Shown here: piece after piece, positions 57,140 to 61,414 of the stretch
How the letters are laid out: each line of letters opens with the position of its first letter
Position numbering within the stretch: the first letter of the stretch is position 1
Assembly: GCA_048939625.1 (NCBI GenBank)
Contig: JBHLPH010000013.1
Span: 1-61,414 of the forward strand
Origin: Promethearchaeota archaeon
Lineage (GTDB): Archaea > Asgardarchaeota > Hermodarchaeia > Hermodarchaeales > Hermodarchaeaceae
Direction: 5' to 3'
DNA: 61,414 nt
Program-made: the position numbers and the translations under genes
The notes under the pieces: model-generated
Seen by the model: only the letters and a program-made list of their open reading frames with translations
The model's database searches: none
Told to the model about the DNA's origin: nothing

Positions 57140-58315
57140 ATGGAAACTGCTAATCTTCGTTCCTACATTGCAGATTATTTGGACTCCGTTCGCGAGTTTA
57201 ACCGAAGTGTCATTCTAATTGATACTGGTGTGTTTCATCCGACAGATTACCAGCAATTGATTACACAACCTGAAGTGGTTTTAAATCTCGAAAACCAGTT
57301 CGTTGGAGAACTTGTGCACCTGCTTAGCGAGTTGGATCGAGCACTTCGCCATGCTCGAGATTGGCGGCTTCATTTGGAAGATTTAACTCGGAATCTCTAT
57401 TTTTCTCCCCAAAACCAAATGGCACTTTTTGAAAGGAAGAAGAAAGCGGTGCGGATTCTTGCCCAAGACGAGGTTAAACAACGGATTCATTCACAGACGA
57501 GTGATATCGGCTATTTACGGTGGGTTGTTGCTGATACTGGCGGAGAACTGGAACGCTTACTTATTGAAATGCGCAGTCTCGGTGTCACAGATCGTGGATT
57601 TCGGAATTTCTTCGCTAAGTATCAATCACCCGAATTATCCCGTTGGGAAAAGGCCCTTGACCTATGGTTGGATCTAGATATTGCCTCCCTGATTACTGGG
57701 TTACAAGGGTTCCTAAACGAAGCAAGTAATAGTTCCTTTGAACAAGCGCTTCATGCGTTGGGAAGTTACCTTGATGTAATTATTAATTTGCTAGCCCAGT
57801 TTTCATCATTTAGTAGTGACTTTGATTTCTTGTCTCTTGATTGGGTATCAAAAGTGCAGATCCAATTTGATCTCTTAACCGAAGCGAGTGTGGCACTTCA
57901 TGAATTATTAGTTCAACGAACTCGGTTAGGTGGTCTCTACGTTGACCATGAACGGGCTATCCTCAACGCCATTCTACCCAAGGAAATCGATGTCAATGAA
58001 TGGTTTACAATGTTCGCTTCTAATCCTGCAAAATCCGCCCATGAACTCCTGCCACCCGATATCCGAACTGATACACTTTCTTATGCTCTCCGTCAATCAG
58101 AAAATGCCCTCATTGCAATGGACGATCAAATCCAAATAGGCGGTTATCTCATCAAATCCGTTGAAATCCTTCCCGAACTGTTAAAATCTCCGGTGGTTGC
58201 GAAGTTCTTGGAAGCTGACCAGAAACGACTTGAAATCTTCCGCACAGGTCGCCATGACCTTTTGCGGCGTTTACGGCGTCTCCAGAATCAAGTGGCCATT
58301 ACAGAAACTACCTAA
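57140..58315 (+). CDS. Hypothetical alpha-helical protein
   Basis: 391-codon ORF, Leu-rich and amphipathic; no motif recognised. Confidence 0.7.
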   Translation: METANLRSYIADYLDSVREFNRSVILIDTGVFHPTDYQQLITQPEVVLNLENQFVGELVHLLSELDRALRHARDWRLHLEDLTRNLYFSPQNQMALFERKKKAVRILAQDEVKQRIHSQTSDIGYLRWVVADTGGELERLLIEMRSLGVTDRGFRNFFAKYQSPELSRWEKALDLWLDLDIASLITGLQGFLNEASNSSFEQALHALGSYLDVIINLLAQFSSFSSDFDFLSLDWVSKVQIQFDLLTEASVALHELLVQRTRLGGLYVDHERAILNAILPKEIDVNEWFTMFASNPAKSAHELLPPDIRTDTLSYALRQSENALIAMDDQIQIGGYLIKSVEILPELLKSPVVAKFLEADQKRLEIFRTGRHDLLRRLRRLQNQVAITETT

Positions 58316-58521
58316 TGATCTGCTCATCTCCTCTTGGAATGGTAGTTAATGCCTTTTTACGGCATTTGTAACTCTATTTGTCGTCTAGGTAAATGATTTT
58401 AAAGCGAGTTCTCCTTAAAGAAGTGTGAGGCGACAACAGCGGGAGGCTTTGGATGTCTCTGCCTAGCCAATGCTTTCCGTTCACAATCCTGATCATAATG
58501 GCTCCTCAGGAATGAGTTTGA

Positions 58522-61414
58522 ATGAAACGTTATTCTTTCACAAAATGGTTTGTATTTCTACTAATCTTTCTTCTTACCTTTACAGTGTTTATGCCAATAA
58601 TTACTCCAACCTCGTCTTTACCGTCGAATAAGGCACTGAACTCTGGGTCTTTGGTTTCTCACTGGGTATCCGGACCACCAGTTCCCCAACCGGCTAGCTC
58701 TGTCTATTTAATCATCACACCAAATAGTGCCTGGGTCCAATCCTTTGCTGAATGGAAAAACTTGAAAGGCGTCCCCACTCAGGTGGTTAATGTAAGTTGG
58801 ATTCAGACAAATTATCCGCTATCTGCTACCGTTCGGGATAAAGCCGAACAAATCTGGACCTTCATCGAAGACGTGTATGATAATGCTTCACCGGCAACCC
58901 TGCAATGGGTGCTCCTTATCGGTGATAACGCTACTATTCCCTCACGCTACGTGTATCTCCCTGATACTAGTGAATGGGTCGGTCAGGATCCAAACCGAAA
59001 ACCCACGGATTTCTATTACTCGGTGATGGATGATGCCGACTGGGATGATGATGGTGATGGTCGATGGGGTGAATGCGCCACCTTCAATGTGGGAGGACCT
59101 CTATGGGACGAAATTGGTGACTGGCAACCAGATTTGTATGTGGGACGGATTCCTTTCAGCGACCAAACCAATATTACCGGTATTCTTACCAAGTCGATGA
59201 ATTATGCTCGAAACCCTACGAGTTTCTCTGCAACAGGTTGGGATACTTTTCTCCTCGGTGGAGCTATCAGTAATTACGATGAAGAAGTCTGGGCATGGCT
59301 TGATAATGACTATACAGATGAAGCAGAACTCAGTGATTATATCAACGCCAATCATATTCCTGGCTATTATGATGTGTATCGCTTCTACGAAGATCGCTAC
59401 TTCTTCTGGAACTATACCTCACCAAATAGTTTTCAGAAATTAAATGAAACAGCAATACTCCAAGGATTAAATGCGTATTCACCAGCTCTCATCAACCTCG
59501 CCGCTCATGGAAGTCCCACTGATATCCAACGAAAGTACGATCCTTGGGGCTTCCCATACGGAAATACATGGTCCGCAGCAACGGCTGGATGGAACGTTCC
59601 TGTAACGGGCGTTGCAATTGGGGACCCGAATACTGATGGAAATAACGAGATTGTCTATACCTTAGGAATAGGTCCAAGTGGTGCGGCTCAGAATGGTACT
59701 GTTTGGCTCCGTGATGCTAATACAATGACAGACTCACTAATATGGGATCTTTGGAATACTCCACCTGGTTCGATACCTCCTCAGACCTGCTGGGCAACTT
59801 GTGTTGACATTGGTGATATCTGGAATAATAACACAATCGCTGTAGTTGTTGGTACAAACGTTGGGGCAGTGATCGTTTTTACATATCTCAGCTGGGTGGC
59901 TTCACCACATTGGTCAGCTATAGTCTTGCCGATACTTGAGTGGTGGGATCCAATACTTTGCATTGAAGTGGGTAATGCTGATAATGCCTTGGAACCTAAT
60001 TCTCCAGTTCCTTGGACTAATGTTGATATTGCTTGGGGGCACCAAAGTGGGGCCGTAAGGATTGCGACCTGCGTTGGTGGTGTGGCAGTACCCTTCATTC
60101 AAATCATACAAGGAAATGTTTGGAACCTTGCCCACGCTGTATATTCAATTGATGTTGGTGATCCTGATGATGACATGCTTGGGGAAATTACCTGTGGAAC
60201 TGGTTACACTAATGTAAGCGTTCTTCAGGGTGACTGCTATCAGTTTTGGTACAACATAGGTATTGGATGGAATCAGCTCATTGTGCAGAAAGCTCTCGGT
60301 GGCATTGTTTATGGGTGCGATACGGGAAATGCAGCGAATGACGGTTATAACAAGGTAGTTGTTGGAATTAGTGATGGCGCTATTTACATGTATGAATCCG
60401 GTTGTATCGCACTGGGACAAACAGGCTTCCAAGGTGGTACAGATGCAGGAACAAAGAAAACAATTACGAGTTCGGGTGCAAATGCAGGCATGGTACGTTG
60501 TCTGAACATTGGCTTTGTTGACGATAATGATCTTCTTTCAACCTATCCCTCACCAATAGAAAAATATTCTATTATTGCTGGCAACCAATATGGTGGAATC
60601 TGGAAATATCACGCCAACAACAACACCGGCTTCATTGATTCCTACCATATTGCAATTGAAAACTACATGTTTGGTGTGAATGTCACTGATCTTGATGTCG
60701 GGGAACTCAGCCATGTAACCGGAGAAAAAACACTGAATGAAGAGGTAGCGGCGGGCAGTGAAGTAGGATTAATGCCCTTGTCCTATGTATACTGGTTTGA
60801 GTGGCCTTGGAATCTCTGGGGGAACATGTTGAATACAACACAAGTGAATGTTTCGACAGCAAGTATTCCTGCCCTGGTTTATGCTGATTCCTGCCATACT
60901 GCAGGATACGACTATACGCAAGAGGCTCTTGCTGAAACCTTCATCCGCAATATGGCGATAGGATATATTGGATCCATGCGGATCTGCTGGTACTATCGTG
61001 GAACCATGTCGCAGTCCTTTAACTGGGGTTTGGGTCGCTACCAGTCACAGGCCTTCTGGGACCTCTTCTTCAGTGGAAGCACAAATTACCAACCGGGTGC
61101 AACTTTATATCAAAACAAAATCGACTACCAAACAGCTTTCGCCTCGATTGCTTCAAGTTATCCATCAACCTGGGAAACTTATCATCGTAAGAACCTAATC
61201 AGTTATGCTCTCTTTGGCGATCCTGAAGTCGATGTCTTCACTAATAACCCACGAACTCTGACAGTCACTCACCCAACGCATGCTAATTTCAATGGTGATA
61301 CACTCTTTCGGGTTATGGATGGTACCAGCCCCGTTAGTGGAGCAACTATCTGCTTATGGGATACAGATGGTTCCTACTATGAGATCTTAACCACCAATGC
61401 GTCTGGATATGCCG
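58522..61414 (+). CDS. Secreted C25 (gingipain-family) cysteine peptidase with an inserted FG-GAP-like propeller; runs off the window and is absent from the ORF track
   Basis: Signal peptide, YLIITP, FAEWKNLKG, VLLIGD, TDFYYS, DLYVGRIP, AAHGS (His329), DSCHTAGYD (Cys791) and LFGDP; frame open to the window end. Confidence 0.88.
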   Translation, partial: MKRYSFTKWFVFLLIFLLTFTVFMPIITPTSSLPSNKALNSGSLVSHWVSGPPVPQPASSVYLIITPNSAWVQSFAEWKNLKGVPTQVVNVSWIQTNYPLSATVRDKAEQIWTFIEDVYDNASPATLQWVLLIGDNATIPSRYVYLPDTSEWVGQDPNRKPTDFYYSVMDDADWDDDGDGRWGECATFNVGGPLWDEIGDWQPDLYVGRIPFSDQTNITGILTKSMNYARNPTSFSATGWDTFLLGGAISNYDEEVWAWLDNDYTDEAELSDYINANHIPGYYDVYRFYEDRYFFWNYTSPNSFQKLNETAILQGLNAYSPALINLAAHGSPTDIQRKYDPWGFPYGNTWSAATAGWNVPVTGVAIGDPNTDGNNEIVYTLGIGPSGAAQNGTVWLRDANTMTDSLIWDLWNTPPGSIPPQTCWATCVDIGDIWNNNTIAVVVGTNVGAVIVFTYLSWVASPHWSAIVLPILEWWDPILCIEVGNADNALEPNSPVPWTNVDIAWGHQSGAVRIATCVGGVAVPFIQIIQGNVWNLAHAVYSIDVGDPDDDMLGEITCGTGYTNVSVLQGDCYQFWYNIGIGWNQLIVQKALGGIVYGCDTGNAANDGYNKVVVGISDGAIYMYESGCIALGQTGFQGGTDAGTKKTITSSGANAGMVRCLNIGFVDDNDLLSTYPSPIEKYSIIAGNQYGGIWKYHANNNTGFIDSYHIAIENYMFGVNVTDLDVGELSHVTGEKTLNEEVAAGSEVGLMPLSYVYWFEWPWNLWGNMLNTTQVNVSTASIPALVYADSCHTAGYDYTQEALAETFIRNMAIGYIGSMRICWYYRGTMSQSFNWGLGRYQSQAFWDLFFSGSTNYQPGATLYQNKIDYQTAFASIASSYPSTWETYHRKNLISYALFGDPEVDVFTNNPRTLTVTHPTHANFNGDTLFRVMDGTSPVSGATICLWDTDGSYYEILTTNASGYA

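Overview
Gene-dense archaeal chromosomal window, with TATA/BRE-type promoters and GGTGA Shine-Dalgarno sites. The eukaryote-like gene content suggests an Asgard archaeon, which is an inference. The main locus is 4296-14115. An SMC5/6-like operon (SMC, putative kleisin, Nse1/Nse3-type KITE, RING-like Zn finger) is transcribed back-to-back with a ubiquitin-like conjugation operon (Ubl ending VG-K, E2, small acidic protein, a second paralogous RING-like protein, transglutaminase-like enzyme). That operon converges on a JAMM protease and an E1. The rest of the window holds uvrBAC, leuB/C/D-type genes, an H+-PPase, a PEPCK-like enzyme, fatty-acid and redox enzymes, two Eis-like acetyltransferases, an HDAC-like protein, many membrane proteins, and a truncated C25 peptidase with a beta-propeller inserted between its catalytic residues. 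Non-coding signals include two dispersed copies of a covarying structured RNA-like element (about 17.6 kb and 47.1 kb) and a preQ1-riboswitch-like pseudoknot ahead of queT. No rRNA, tRNA, CRISPR array or transposase was recognised. All family calls are from motif reading by eye, not database searches.
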